This document shows, in pieces, positions 37,900 through 50,600 of a stretch of DNA of 64,000 nt. The notes beneath the pieces were generated by a model that did not search any database, was not told the DNA's origin, and saw only the letters and a list, made by a program, of their open reading frames with translations. Origin of the DNA: Eledone cirrhosa (Eukaryota); contig OZ024758.1 in the NCBI GenBank assembly GCA_964016885.1, positions 37,944,001 through 38,008,000 on the forward strand. Reading direction: 5' to 3'. Position numbers and translations under genes: made by a program. Within the stretch, counting starts at the first letter, position 1; each line of letters begins with the position of its first letter.

Positions 37900-40800
37900 T
37901 TGGTGAGAATTGATTTAAGTTCATGGTATTAGCTGTCAGAAGGAACTCCACTGTTGGTGAGAATTCATTTAAGTTCATGGTATTAGCTGTCAGAAGTAAC
38001 TCCACTGTTGGTGAGAATTCATTTAAGTCATGGTATTAGCTGTCAGAAGTAACTCCATTGTTGGTGAGAATTCATTTAAGTCATGGTACTAGCTGTCAGA
38101 AGTAACTCCAATGTTGGTGAGAATTCATTTAAGTCATGGTACTAGCTGTCAGAAGTAACTCCAATGTTGGTGAGAATTCATTTAAGTTCATGTTATTAGC
38201 TGTCAGAAGGAACTCCACTGTTGGTGAGAATACATTTAAGTTCATGATACTAGCTGTCAGAAGTAACCCCAATGTTGGTGAGAATTCATTTAAGTTCATG
38301 GTATTAGCTGTCAGAAGTCACTCCAATGTTGGTGAGAATTGATTTAAGTTCATGGTATTAGCTGTCAGAAGTAACTCCACTGTTGGTAAGAATTCATTTA
38401 AGTTCATGGTATTAGCTGTCAGAAGTAACTCCACTGTTGGTGAGAATTCATTTAAGTTCATGGTATTAGCTGTCAGAAGGAACGCCACTGTTGGTGAGAA
38501 TTCATTTACGTTCATGGTACAAGCTGTCAGAAGTAATTCCAATGTTGGTGAGAATTCATTTAAGTTCATGGTATTAGCTGTCAGAAGGAACTCCACTGTT
38601 GGTGAGAATTCATTTAAGTTCATGGTATTAGCTGTCAGAAGGAACTCCAATGTTGGTGAGAATTCATTTAAGTCATGGTACTAGCTGTCAGAAGTAACTC
38701 CACTGTTGGTGAGAATTCATTTAAGTTCATGGTATTAGCTGTCAGAAGGAACGCCACTGTTGGTGAGAATTCATTTAAGTTCATGGTATTAGCTGTCAGA
38801 AGTAACTCCACTGTTGGTGAGAATTCATTTAAGTTCATGGTACTAGCTGTCAGAAGTAACTCCAATGTTGGTGAGAATTCATTTAAGTTCATGGTATTAG
38901 CTGTCAGAAGGAACTCCACTGTTGGTGAGAATTCATTTAAGTTCATGGTATTAGCTGTCAGAAGTAACTCCACTGTTGGTGAGAATTCATTTAAGTCATG
39001 GTATTAGCTGTCAGAAGTAACTCCATTGTTGGTGAGAATTCATTTAAGTCATGGTACTAGCTGTCAGAAGTAACTCCAATGTTGGTGAGAATTCATTTAT
39101 GTCATGGTACTAGCTGTCAGAAGTAACTCCAATGTTGGTGAGAATTCATTTAAGTTCATGTTATTAGCTGTCAGAAGGAACTCCACTGTTGGTGAGAATA
39201 CATTTAAGTTCATGGTACTAGCTGTCAGAAGTAACCCCAATGTTGGTGAGAATTCATTTAAGTTCATGGTATTAGCTGTCAGAAGTCACTCCAATGTTGG
39301 TGAGAATTCATTTAAGTTCATGGTATTAGCTGTCAGAAGTAACTCCACTGTTGGTAAGAATTCATTTAAGTTCATGGTATTAGCTGTCAGAAGTAACTCC
39401 ACTGTTGGTGAGAATTCATTTAAGTTCATGGTATTAGCTGTCAGAAGGAACGCCACTGTTGGTGAGAATTCATTTAAGTTCATGGTATTAGCTGTCAGAA
39501 GTAACTCCACTGTTGGTGAGAATTCATTTAAGTTCATGGTACTAGCTGTCAGAAGTAACTCCAATGTTGGTCAGAATTCATTTAAGTTCATGGTATTAGC
39601 TGTCAGAAGGAACTCCACTGTTGCTGAGAATTCATTTAAGTTCATGGTATTAGCTGTCAGAAGTAACTCCACTGTTGGTGAGAATTCATTTAAGTTCATG
39701 GTACTAGCTGTCAGAAGTAACTCCACTGTTGGTGAGAATTCATTTAAGTTCATGGTATTAGCTGTCAGAAGTCACTCCAATGTTGGTGAGAATTCATTTA
39801 AGTTCATGGTATTAGCTGTCAGAAGTCACTCCACTGTTGGTGAGAATTCATTTAAGTTCATGGTACTAGCTGTCAGAAGTAACCCCAATGTTGGTGAGAA
39901 TTCATTTAAGTTCATGGTATTAGCTGTCAGAAGTCACTCCAATGTTGGCGAGAATTCATTTAAGTTCATGGTATTAGCTGTCAGAAGTAACTCCACTGTT
40001 GGTGAGAATTCATTTAAGTTCATGGTATTAGCTGTCAGAAGTAACTCCACTGTTGGTGAGAATTCATTTAAGTCATGGTATTAGCTGTCAGAAGTAACTC
40101 CAATGTTGGTGAGAATTCATTTAAGTTCATGGTATTAGCTGTCAGAAGTCACCCCACTGTTGGTGAGAATTCATTTAAGTTCATGGTACTAGCTGTCAGA
40201 AGTAACCCCAATGTTGGTGAGAATTGATTTAAGTTCATGGTATTAGCTGTCAGAAGGAACTCCACTGTTGGTGAGAATTCATTTAAGTTCATGGTATTAG
40301 CTGTCAGAAGTAACTCCACTGTTGGTGAGAATTCATTTAAGTCATGGTATTAGCTGTCAGAAGTAACTCCATTGTTGGTGAGAATTCATTTAAGTCATGG
40401 TACTAGCTGTCAGAAGTAACTCCAATGTTGGTGAGAATTCATTTAAGTCATGGTACTAGCTGTCAGAAGTAACTCCAATGTTGGTGAGAATTCATTTAAG
40501 TTCATGTTATTAGCTGTCAGAAGGAACTCCACTGTTGGTGAGAATACATTTAAGTTCATGATACTAGCTGTCAGAAGTAACCCCAATGTTGGTGAGAATT
40601 CATTTAAGTTCATGGTATTAGCTGTCAGAAGTCACTCCAATGTTGGTGAGAATTGATTTAAGTTCATGGTATTAGCTGTCAGAAGTAACTCCACTGTTGG
40701 TAAGAATTCATTTAAGTTCATGGTATTAGCTGTCAGAAGTAACTCCACTGTTGGTGAGAATTCATTTAAGTTCATGGTATTAGCTGTCAGAAGGAACGCC

Positions 40801-42380
40801 ACTGTTGGTGAGAATTCATTTACGTTCATGGTACAAGCTGTCAGAAGTAATTCCAATGTTGGTGAGAATTCATTTAAGTTCATGGTATTAGCTGTCAGAA
40901 GGAACTCCACTGTTGGTGAGAATTCATTTAAGTTCATGGTATTAGCTGTCAGAAGGAACTCCAATGTTGGTGAGAATTCATTTAAGTCATGGTACTAGCT
41001 GTCAGAAGTAACTCCACTGTTGGTGAGAATTCATTTAAGTTCATGGTATTAGCTGTCAGAAGGAACGCCACTGTTGGTGAGAATTCATTTAAGTTCATGG
41101 TATTAGCTGTCAGAAGTAACTCCACTGTTGGTGAGAATTCATTTAAGTTCATGGTACTAGCTGTCAGAAGTAACTCCAATGTTGGTGAGAATTCATTTAA
41201 GTTCATGGTATTAGCTGTCAGAAGGAACTCCACTGTTGGTGAGAATTCATTTAAGTTCATGGTATTAGCTGTCAGAAGTAACTCCACTGTTGGTGAGAAT
41301 TCATTTAAGTCATGGTATTAGCTGTCAGAAGTAACTCCATTGTTGGTGAGAATTCATTTAAGTCATGGTACTAGCTGTCAGAAGTAACTCCAATGTTGGT
41401 GAGAATTCATTTATGTCATGGTACTAGCTGTCAGAAGTAACTCCAATGTTGGTGAGAATTCATTTAAGTTCATGTTATTAGCTGTCAGAAGGAACTCCAC
41501 TGTTGGTGAGAATACATTTAAGTTCATGGTATTAGCTGTCAGAAGTAACTCCACTGTTGGTGAGAATTCATTTAAGTTCATGGTATTAGCTGTCAGAAGG
41601 AACGCCACTGTTGGTGAGAATTCATTTAAGTTCATGGTATTAGCTGTCAGAAGTAACTCCACTGTTGGTGAGAATTCATTTAAGTTCATGGTACTAGCTG
41701 TCAGAAGTAACTCCAATGTTGGTCAGAATTCATTTAAGTTCATGGTATTAGCTGTCAGAAGGAACTCCACTGTTGCTGAGAATTCATTTAAGTTCATGGT
41801 ATTAGCTGTCAGAAGTAACTCCACTGTTGGTGAGAATTCATTTAAGTTCATGGTACTAGCTGTCAGAAGTAACTCCACTGTTGGTGAGAATTCATTTAAG
41901 TTCATGGTATTAGCTGTCAGAAGTCACTCCAATGTTGGTGAGAATTCATTTAAGTTCATGGTATTAGCTGTCAGAAGTCACTCCACTGTTGGTGAGAATT
42001 CATTTAAGTTCATGGTACTAGCTGTCAGAAGTAACCCCAATGTTGGTGAGAATTCATTTAAGTTCATGGTATTGGCTGTCAGAAGTCACTCCAATGTTGG
42101 CGAGAATTCATTTAAGTTCATGGTATTAGCTGTCAGAAGTAACTCCACTGTTGGTGAGAATTCATTTAAGTTCATGGTATTAGCTGTCAGAAGTAACTCC
42201 ACTGTTGGTGAGAATTCATTTAAGTCATGGTATTAGCTGTCAGAAGTAACTCCAATGTTGGTGAGAATTCATTTAAGTTCATGGTATTAGCTGTCAGAAG
42301 TCACCCCACTGTTGGTGAGAATTCATTTAAGTTCATGGTACTAGCTGTCAGAAGTAACCCCAATGTTGGTGAGAATTCAT
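37900..42380. repeat. Tandem duplication, period 2,314 bp (43 monomers); the second copy lacks 3 monomers (162 bp)
   Basis: Offsets 38136/40450, 38675/40989 and 39104/41418 are 2,314, then 40084/42236 is 2,152. Shared private variants: TTTATGTC (~39100/~41414), GGTCAGAATTC (~39572/~41724) and TCACCCCAC (~40153/~42305). Confidence 0.85.
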
Positions 42381-44879
42381 TTAAGTTCATGGTATTAGCT
42401 GTCAGAAGTCACTCCAATGTTGGTGAGAATTCATTTAAGTTCATGGTATTAGCTGTCAGAAGTAACTCCACTGTTGGTGAGAATTCATTTAAGTTCATGG
42501 TATTAGCTGTCAGAAGTAACTCCACTGTTGGTGAGAATTCATTTAAGTTCATGGTATTAGCTGTCAGAAGGAACTCCAATGTTGGTGAGAATTCATTTAA
42601 GTCATGGTACTAGCTGTCAGAAGTAACTCCACTGTTGGTGAGAATTCATTTAAGTTCATGGTATTAGCTGTCAGAAGGAACGCCACTGTTGGTGAGAATT
42701 CATTTAAGTTCATGGTATTAGCTGTCAGAAGTAACTCCACTGTTGGTGAGAATTCATTTAAGTTCATGGTACTAGCTGTCAGAAGTAACTACAATGTTGG
42801 TGAGAATTCATTTAAGTTCATGGTATTAGCTGTCAGAACGAACTCCACTGTTGCTGAGAATTCATTTAAGTTCATGGTATTAGCTGTCAGAAGTAACTCC
42901 ACTGTTGGTGAGAATTCATTTAAGTTCATGGTACTAGCTGTCAGAAGTAACTCCACTGTTGGTGAGAATTCATTTAAGTTCATGGTATTAGCTGTCAGAA
43001 GTCACTCCAATGTTGGTGAGAATTCATTTAAGTTCATGGTATTAGCAGTCAGAAGTCACTCCACTGTTGGTGAGAATTCATTTAAGTTCATGGTACTAGC
43101 TGTCAGAAGTAACCCCAATGTTGGTGAGAATTCATTTAAGTTCATGGTATTAGCTGTCAGAAGTCACTCCAATGTTGGTGAGAATTCATTTAAGTTCATG
43201 GTATTAGCTGTCAGAAGTAACTCCACTGTTGGTGAGAATTCATTTAAGTTCATGGTATTAGTTTGTCAGAAGTAACTCCACTGTTGGTGAGAATTCATTT
43301 AAGTCATGGTATTAGTTGTCAGAAGTAACTCCAATGTTGGTGAGAATTCATTTAAGTTCATGGTATTAGCTGTCAGAAGGAACTCCACTGTTGGTGAGAA
43401 TTCATTTAAGTTCATGGTATTAGCTGTCAGAAGTAACTCCACTGTTGGTGAGAATTCATTTAAGTCATGGTATTAGCTGTCAGAAGTAACTCCATTGTTG
43501 GTGAGAATTCATTTAAGTCATGGTACTAGCTGTCAGAAGTAACTCCAATGTTGGTGAGAATTCATTTAAGTCATGGTACTAGCTGTCAGAAGTAACTCCA
43601 ATGTTGGTGAGAATTCATTTAAGTTCATGGTACTAGCTGTCAGAAGTAACCCAAATGTTGGTGAGAATTCATTTAAGTTCATGGTATTAGCTGTCAGAAG
43701 GAACGCCACTGTTGGTGAGAATTCATTTAAGTTCATGGTATTAGCTGTCAGAAGTAACTCCACTGTTGGTGAGAATTCATTTACGTTCATGGTACTAGCT
43801 GTCAGAAGTAATTCCAATGTTGGTGAGAATTCATTTAAGTTCATGGTATTAGCTGTCAGAAGGAACTCCACTGTTGGTGAGAATTCATTTAAGTTCATGG
43901 TATTAGCTGTCAGAAGGAACTCCAATGTTGGTGAGAATTCATTTAAGTCATGGTACTAGCTGTCAGAAGTAACTCCACTGTTGGTGAGAATTCATTTAAG
44001 TTCATGGTATTAGCTGTCAGAAGGAACGCCACTGTTGGTGAGAATTCATTTAAGTTCATGGTATTAGCTGTCAGAAGTAACTCCACTGTTGGTGAGAATT
44101 CATTTAAGTTCATGGTACTAGCTGTCAGAAGTAACTCCAATGTTGGTGAGAATTCATTTAAGTTCATGGTATTAGCTGTCAGAAGGAACTCCACTGTTGG
44201 TGAGAATTCATTTAAGTTCATGGTATTAGCTGTCAGAAGTAACTCCACTGTTGGTGAGAATTCATTTAAGTCATGGTATTAGCTGTCAGAAGTAACTCCA
44301 TTGTTGGTGAGAATTCATTTAAGTCATGGTACTAGCTGTCAGAAGTAACTCCAATGTTGGTGAGAATTCATTTAAGTCATGGTACTAGCTGTCAGAAGTA
44401 ACTCCAATGTTGGTGAGAATTCATTTAAGTTCATGTTATTAGCTGTCAGAAGGAACTCCACTGTTGGTGAGAATACATTTAAGTTCATGGTACTAGCTGT
44501 CAGAAGTAACCCCAATGTTGGTGAGAATTCATTTAAGTTCATGGTATTAGCTGTCAGAAGTCACTCCAATGTTGGTGAGAATTCATTTAAGTTCATGGTA
44601 TTAGCTGTCAGAAGTAACTCCACTGTTGGTAAGAATTCATTTAAGTTCATGGTATTAGCTCTCAGAAGTAACTCCACTGTTGGTGAGAATTCATTTAAGT
44701 TCATGGTATTAGCTGTCAGAAGTAACTCCATTGTTGGTGAGAATTCATTTAAGTCATGGTACTAGCTGTCAGAAGTAACTCCAATGTTGGTGAGAATTCA
44801 TTTAAGTCATGGTACTAGCTGTCAGAAGTAACTCCAATGTTGGTGAGAATTCATTTAAGTTCATGTTATTAGCTGTCAG

Positions 44880-47610
44880 AAGTAACTCCACTGTTGGTGA
44901 GAATTCATTTAAGTTCATGGTACTAGCTGTCAGAAGTAACTCCAATGTTGGTGAGAATTCATTTAAGTTCATGGTATTAGCTGTCAGAAGTCACTCCAAT
45001 GTTGGTGAGAATTCATTTAAGTTCATGGTATTAGCTGTCAGAAGTCACTCCACTGTTGGTGAGAATTCATTTAAGTTCATGGTACTAGCTGTCAGAAGTA
45101 ACCCCAATATTGGTGAGAATTCATTTAAGTTCATGGTATTAGCTGTCAGAAGTCACTCCAATGTTGGCGAGAATTCATTTAAGTTCATGGTATTAGCTGT
45201 CAGAAGTAACTCCACTGTTGGTGAGAATTCATTTAAGTTCATGGTATTAGCTGTCAGAAGTAACTCCACTGTTGGTGAGAATTCATTTAAGTCATGGTAT
45301 TAGCTGTCAGAAGTAACTCCAATGTTGGTGAGAATTCATTTAAGTTCATGGTATTAGCTGTCAGAAGTCACTCCACTGTTGGTGAGAATTCATTTAAGTT
45401 CATGGTACTAGCTGTCAGAAGTAACCCAAATGTTGGTGAGAATTCATTTAAGTTCATGGTATTAGCTGTCAGAAGTCACTCCAATGTTGGTGAGAATTCA
45501 TTTAAGTTCATGGTATTAGCTGTCAGAAGTAACTCCACTGTTGGTGAGAATTCATTTAAGTTCATGGTATTAGCTGTCAGAAGGAACTCCAAGGTTGGTG
45601 AGAATTCATTTAAGTCATGGTACTAGCTGTCAGAAGTAACTCCACTGTTGGTGAGAATTCATTTAAGTTCATGGTATTAGCTGTCAGAAGGAACGCCACT
45701 GTTGGTGAGAATTCATTTAAGTTCATGGTATTAGCTGTCAGAAGTAACTCCTCTGTTGGTGAGAATTCATTTAAGTTCATGGTACTAGCTGTCAGAAGTA
45801 ACTCCAATGTTGGTGAGAATTCATTTAAGTTCATGGTATTAGCTGTCAGAAGGAACTCCACTGTTGCTGAGAATTCATTTAAGTTCATGGTATTAGCTGT
45901 CAGAAGTAACTCCACTGTTGGTGAGAATTCATTTAAGTTCATGGTACTAGCTGTCAGAAGTAACTCCAATGTTGGTGAGAATTCATTTAAGTTCATGGTA
46001 TTAGCTGTCAGAAGTCAATCCAATGTTGGTGAGAATTCATTTAAGTTCATGGTATTAGCTGTCAGAAGTCACTCCACTGTTGGTGAGAATTCATTTAAGT
46101 TCATGGTACTAGCTGTCAGAAGTAACCCCAATGTTGGTGAGAATTCATTTAAGTTCATGGTATTAGCTGTCAGAAGTCACTCCAATGTTGGTGAGAATTC
46201 ATTTAAGTTCATGGTATTAGCTGTCAGAAGTAACTCCACTGTTGGTGAGAATTCATTTAAGTTCATGGTACTAGCTGTCAGAAGTAACTCCAATGTTGGT
46301 GAGAATTCATTTAAGTTCATGGTATTAGCTGTCAGAAGTCACTCCAATGTTGGTGAGAATTCATTTAAGTTCATGGTATTAGCTGTCAGAAGTCACTCCA
46401 CTGTTGGTGAGAATTCATTTAAGTTCATGGTACTAGCTGTCAGAAGTAACCCCAATATTGGTGAGAATTCATTTAAGTTCATGGTATTAGCTGTCAGAAG
46501 TCACTCCAATGTTGGCGAGAATTCATTTAAGTTCATGGTATTAGCTGTCAGAAGTAACTCCACTGTTGGTGAGAATTCATTTAAGTTCATGGTATTAGCT
46601 GTCAGAAGTAACTCCACTGTTGGTGAGAATTCATTTAAGTCATGGTATTAGCTGTCAGAAGTAACTCCAATGTTGGTGAGAATTCATTTAAGTTCATGGT
46701 ATTAGCTGTCAGAAGTCACTCCACTGTTGGTGAGAATTCATTTAAGTTCATGGTACTAGCTGTCAGAAGTAACCCAAATGTTGGTGAGAATTCATTTAAG
46801 TTCATGGTATTAGCTGTCAGAAGTCACTCCAATGTTGGTGAGAATTCATTTAAGTTCATGGTATTAGCTGTCAGAAGTAACTCCACTGTTGGTGAGAATT
46901 CATTTAAGTTCATGGTATTAGCTGTCAGAAGGAACTCCAATGTTGGTGAGAATTCATTTAAGTCATGGTACTAGCTGTCAGAAGTAACTCCACTGTTGGT
47001 GAGAATTCATTTAAGTTCATGGTATTAGCTGTCAGAAGGAACGCCACTGTTGGTGAGAATTCATTTAAGTTCATGGTATTAGCTGTCAGAAGTAACTCCT
47101 CTGTTGGTGAGAATTCATTTAAGTTCATGGTACTAGCTGTCAGAAGTAACTCCAATGTTGGTGAGAATTCATTTAAGTTCATGGTATTAGCTGTCAGAAG
47201 GAACTCCACTGTTGCTGAGAATTCATTTAAGTTCATGGTATTAGCTGTCAGAAGTAACTCCACTGTTGGTGAGAATTCATTTAAGTTCATGGTACTAGCT
47301 GTCAGAAGTAACTCCAATGTTGGTGAGAATTCATTTAAGTTCATGGTATTAGCTGTCAGAAGTCAATCCAATGTTGGTGAGAATTCATTTAAGTTCATGG
47401 TATTAGCTGTCAGAAGTCACTCCACTGTTGGTGAGAATTCATTTAAGTTCATGGTACTAGCTGTCAGAAGTAACCCCAATGTTGGTGAGAATTCATTTAA
47501 GTTCATGGTATTAGCTGTCAGAAGTCACTCCAATGTTGGTGAGAATTCATTTAAGTTCATGGTATTAGCTGTCAGAAGTAACTCCACTGTTGGTGAGAAT
47601 TCATTTAAGT
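44880..47610. repeat. Tandem duplication, period 1,348 bp (25 monomers)
   Basis: Offsets 45294/46642, 45303/46651 and 45617/46965 are all 1,348. Confidence 0.8.
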
Positions 47611-50600
47611 TCATGGTATTAGTTTGTCAGAGGTAACTCCACTGTTGGTGAGAATTCATTTAAGTCATGGTATTAGTTGTCAGAAGTAACTCCAATGTTG
47701 GTGAGAATTCATTTAAGTTCATGGTATTAGCTGTCAGAAGGAACTCCACTGTTGGTGAGAATTCATTTAAGTTCATGGTATTAGCTGTCAGAAGTAACTC
47801 CACTGTTGGTGAGAATTCATTTAAGTCATGGTATTAGCTGTCAGAAGTAACTCCATTGTAGGTGAGAATTCATTTAAGTCATGGTACTAGCTGTCAGAAG
47901 TAACTCCAATGTTGGTGAGAATTCATTTAAGTCATGGTATTAGCTGTCAGAAGTAACTCCATTGTTGGTGAGAATTCATTTAAGTCATGGTACTAGCTGT
48001 CAGAAGTAACTCCAATGTTGGTGAGAATTCATTTAAGTTCATGTTATTAGCTGTCAGAAGGAACTCCACTGTTGGTGAGAATACATTTAAGTTCATGGTA
48101 CTAGCTGTCAGAAGTAACCCCAATGTTGGTGAGAATTCATTTAAGTTCATGGTATTAGCTGTCAGAAGTCACTCCAATGTTGGTGAGAATTCATTTAAGT
48201 TCATGGTATTAGCTGTCAGAAGTAACTCCACTGTTGGTGAGAATTCATTTAAGTTCATGGTATTAGCTGTCAGAAGTCACTCCACTGTTGGTGAAAATTC
48301 ATTTAAGTGCATGGTACTAGCTGTCAGAAGTAACCCCAATGTTGGTGAGAATTCATTTAAGTTCATGGTATTAGCTGTCAGAAGTCACTCCAATGTTGGT
48401 GAGAATTCATTTAAGTTCATGGTATTAGCTGTCAGAAGTAACTCCACTGTTGGTGAGAATTCATTTAAGTTCATGGTATTAGTTTGTCAGAAGTAACTCC
48501 ACTGTTGGTGAGAATTCATTTAAGTCATGGCATTAGTTGTCAGAAGTAACTCCATTGTTGGTGAGAATTCATTTAAGTTCATGGTATTAGCTGTCAGAAG
48601 GAACTCCACTGTTGGTGAGAATTCATTTAAGTTCATGGTATTAGCTGTCAGAAGTAACTCCACTGTTGGTGAGAATTCATTTAAGTCATGGTATTAGCTG
48701 TCAGAAGTAACTCCATTGTTGGTGAGAATTCATTTAAGTCATGGTACTAGCTGTCAGAAGTAACTCCAATGTTGGTGAGAATTCATTTAAGTCATGGTAC
48801 TAGCTGTCAGAAGTAACTCCAATGTTGGTGAGAATTCATTTAAGTTCATGTTATTAGCTGTCAGAAGGAACTCCACTGTTGGTGAGAATACATTTAAGTT
48901 CATGATACTAGCTGTCAGAAGTAACCCCAATGTTGGTGAGAATTCATTTAAGTTCATGGTATTAGCTGTCAGAAGTCACTCCAATGTTGGTGAGAATTGA
49001 TTTAAGTTCATGGTATTAGCTGTCAGAAGTAACTCCACTGTTGGTAAGAATTCATTTAAGTTCATGGTATTAGCTGTCAGAAGTAACTCCACTGTTGGTG
49101 AGAATTCATTTAAGTTCATGGTATTAGCTGTCAGAAGGAACGCCACTGTTGGTGAGAATTCATTTACGTTCATGGTACAAGCTGTCAGAAGTAATTCCAA
49201 TGTTGGTGAGAATTCATTTAAGTTCATGGTATTAGCTGTCAGAAGGAACGCCACTGTTGGTGAGAATTCATTTAAGTTCATGGTATTAGCTGTCAGAAGT
49301 AACTCCTCTGTTGGTGAGAATTCATTTAAGTTCATGGTACTAGCTGTCAGAAGTAACTCCAATGTTGGTGAGAATTCATTTAAGTTCATGGTATTAGCTG
49401 TCAGAAGGAACTCCACTGTTGCTGAGAATTCATTTAAGTTCATGGTATTAGCTGTCAGAAGTAACTCCACTGTTGGTGAGAATTCATTTAAGTTCATGGT
49501 ACTAGCTGTCAGAAGTAACTCCAATGTTGGTGAGAATTCATTTAAGTTCATGGTACTAGCTGTCAGAAGTAACTCCACTGTTGGTGAGAATTCATTTAAG
49601 TTCATGGTATTAGTTTGTCAGAGGTAACTCCACTGTTGGTGAGAATTCATTTAAGTCATGGTATTAGTTGTCAGAAGTAACTCCAATGTTGGTGAGAATT
49701 CATTTAAGTTCATGGTATTAGCTGTCAGAAGGAACTCCACTGTTGGTGAGAATTCATTTAAGTTCATGGTATTAGCTGTCAGAAGTAACTCCACTGTTGG
49801 TGAGAATTCATTTAAGTCATGGTATTAGCTGTCAGAAGTAACTCCATTGTAGGTGAGAATTCATTTAAGTCATGGTACTAGCTGTCAGAAGTAACTCCAA
49901 TGTTGGTGAGAATTCATTTAAGTCATGGTATTAGCTGTCAGAAGTAACTCCATTGTTGGTGAGAATTCATTTAAGTCATGGTACTAGCTGTCAGAAGTAA
50001 CTCCAATGTTGGTGAGAATTCATTTAAGTTCATGTTATTAGCTGTCAGAAGGAACTCCACTGTTGGTGAGAATACATTTAAGTTCATGGTACTAGCTGTC
50101 AGAAGTAACCCCAATGTTGGTGAGAATTCATTTAAGTTCATGGTATTAGCTGTCAGAAGTCACTCCAATGTTGGTGAGAATTCATTTAAGTTCATGGTAT
50201 TAGCTGTCAGAAGTAACTCCACTGTTGGTGAGAATTCATTTAAGTTCATGGTATTAGCTGTCAGAAGTCACTCCACTGTTGGTGAAAATTCATTTAAGTG
50301 CATGGTACTAGCTGTCAGAAGTAACCCCAATGTTGGTGAGAATTCATTTAAGTTCATGGTATTAGCTGTCAGAAGTCACTCCAATGTTGGTGAGAATTCA
50401 TTTAAGTTCATGGTATTAGCTGTCAGAAGTAACTCCACTGTTGGTGAGAATTCATTTAAGTTCATGGTATTAGTTTGTCAGAAGTAACTCCACTGTTGGT
50501 GAGAATTCATTTAAGTCATGGCATTAGTTGTCAGAAGTAACTCCATTGTTGGTGAGAATTCATTTAAGTTCATGGTATTAGCTGTCAGAAGGAACTCCAC

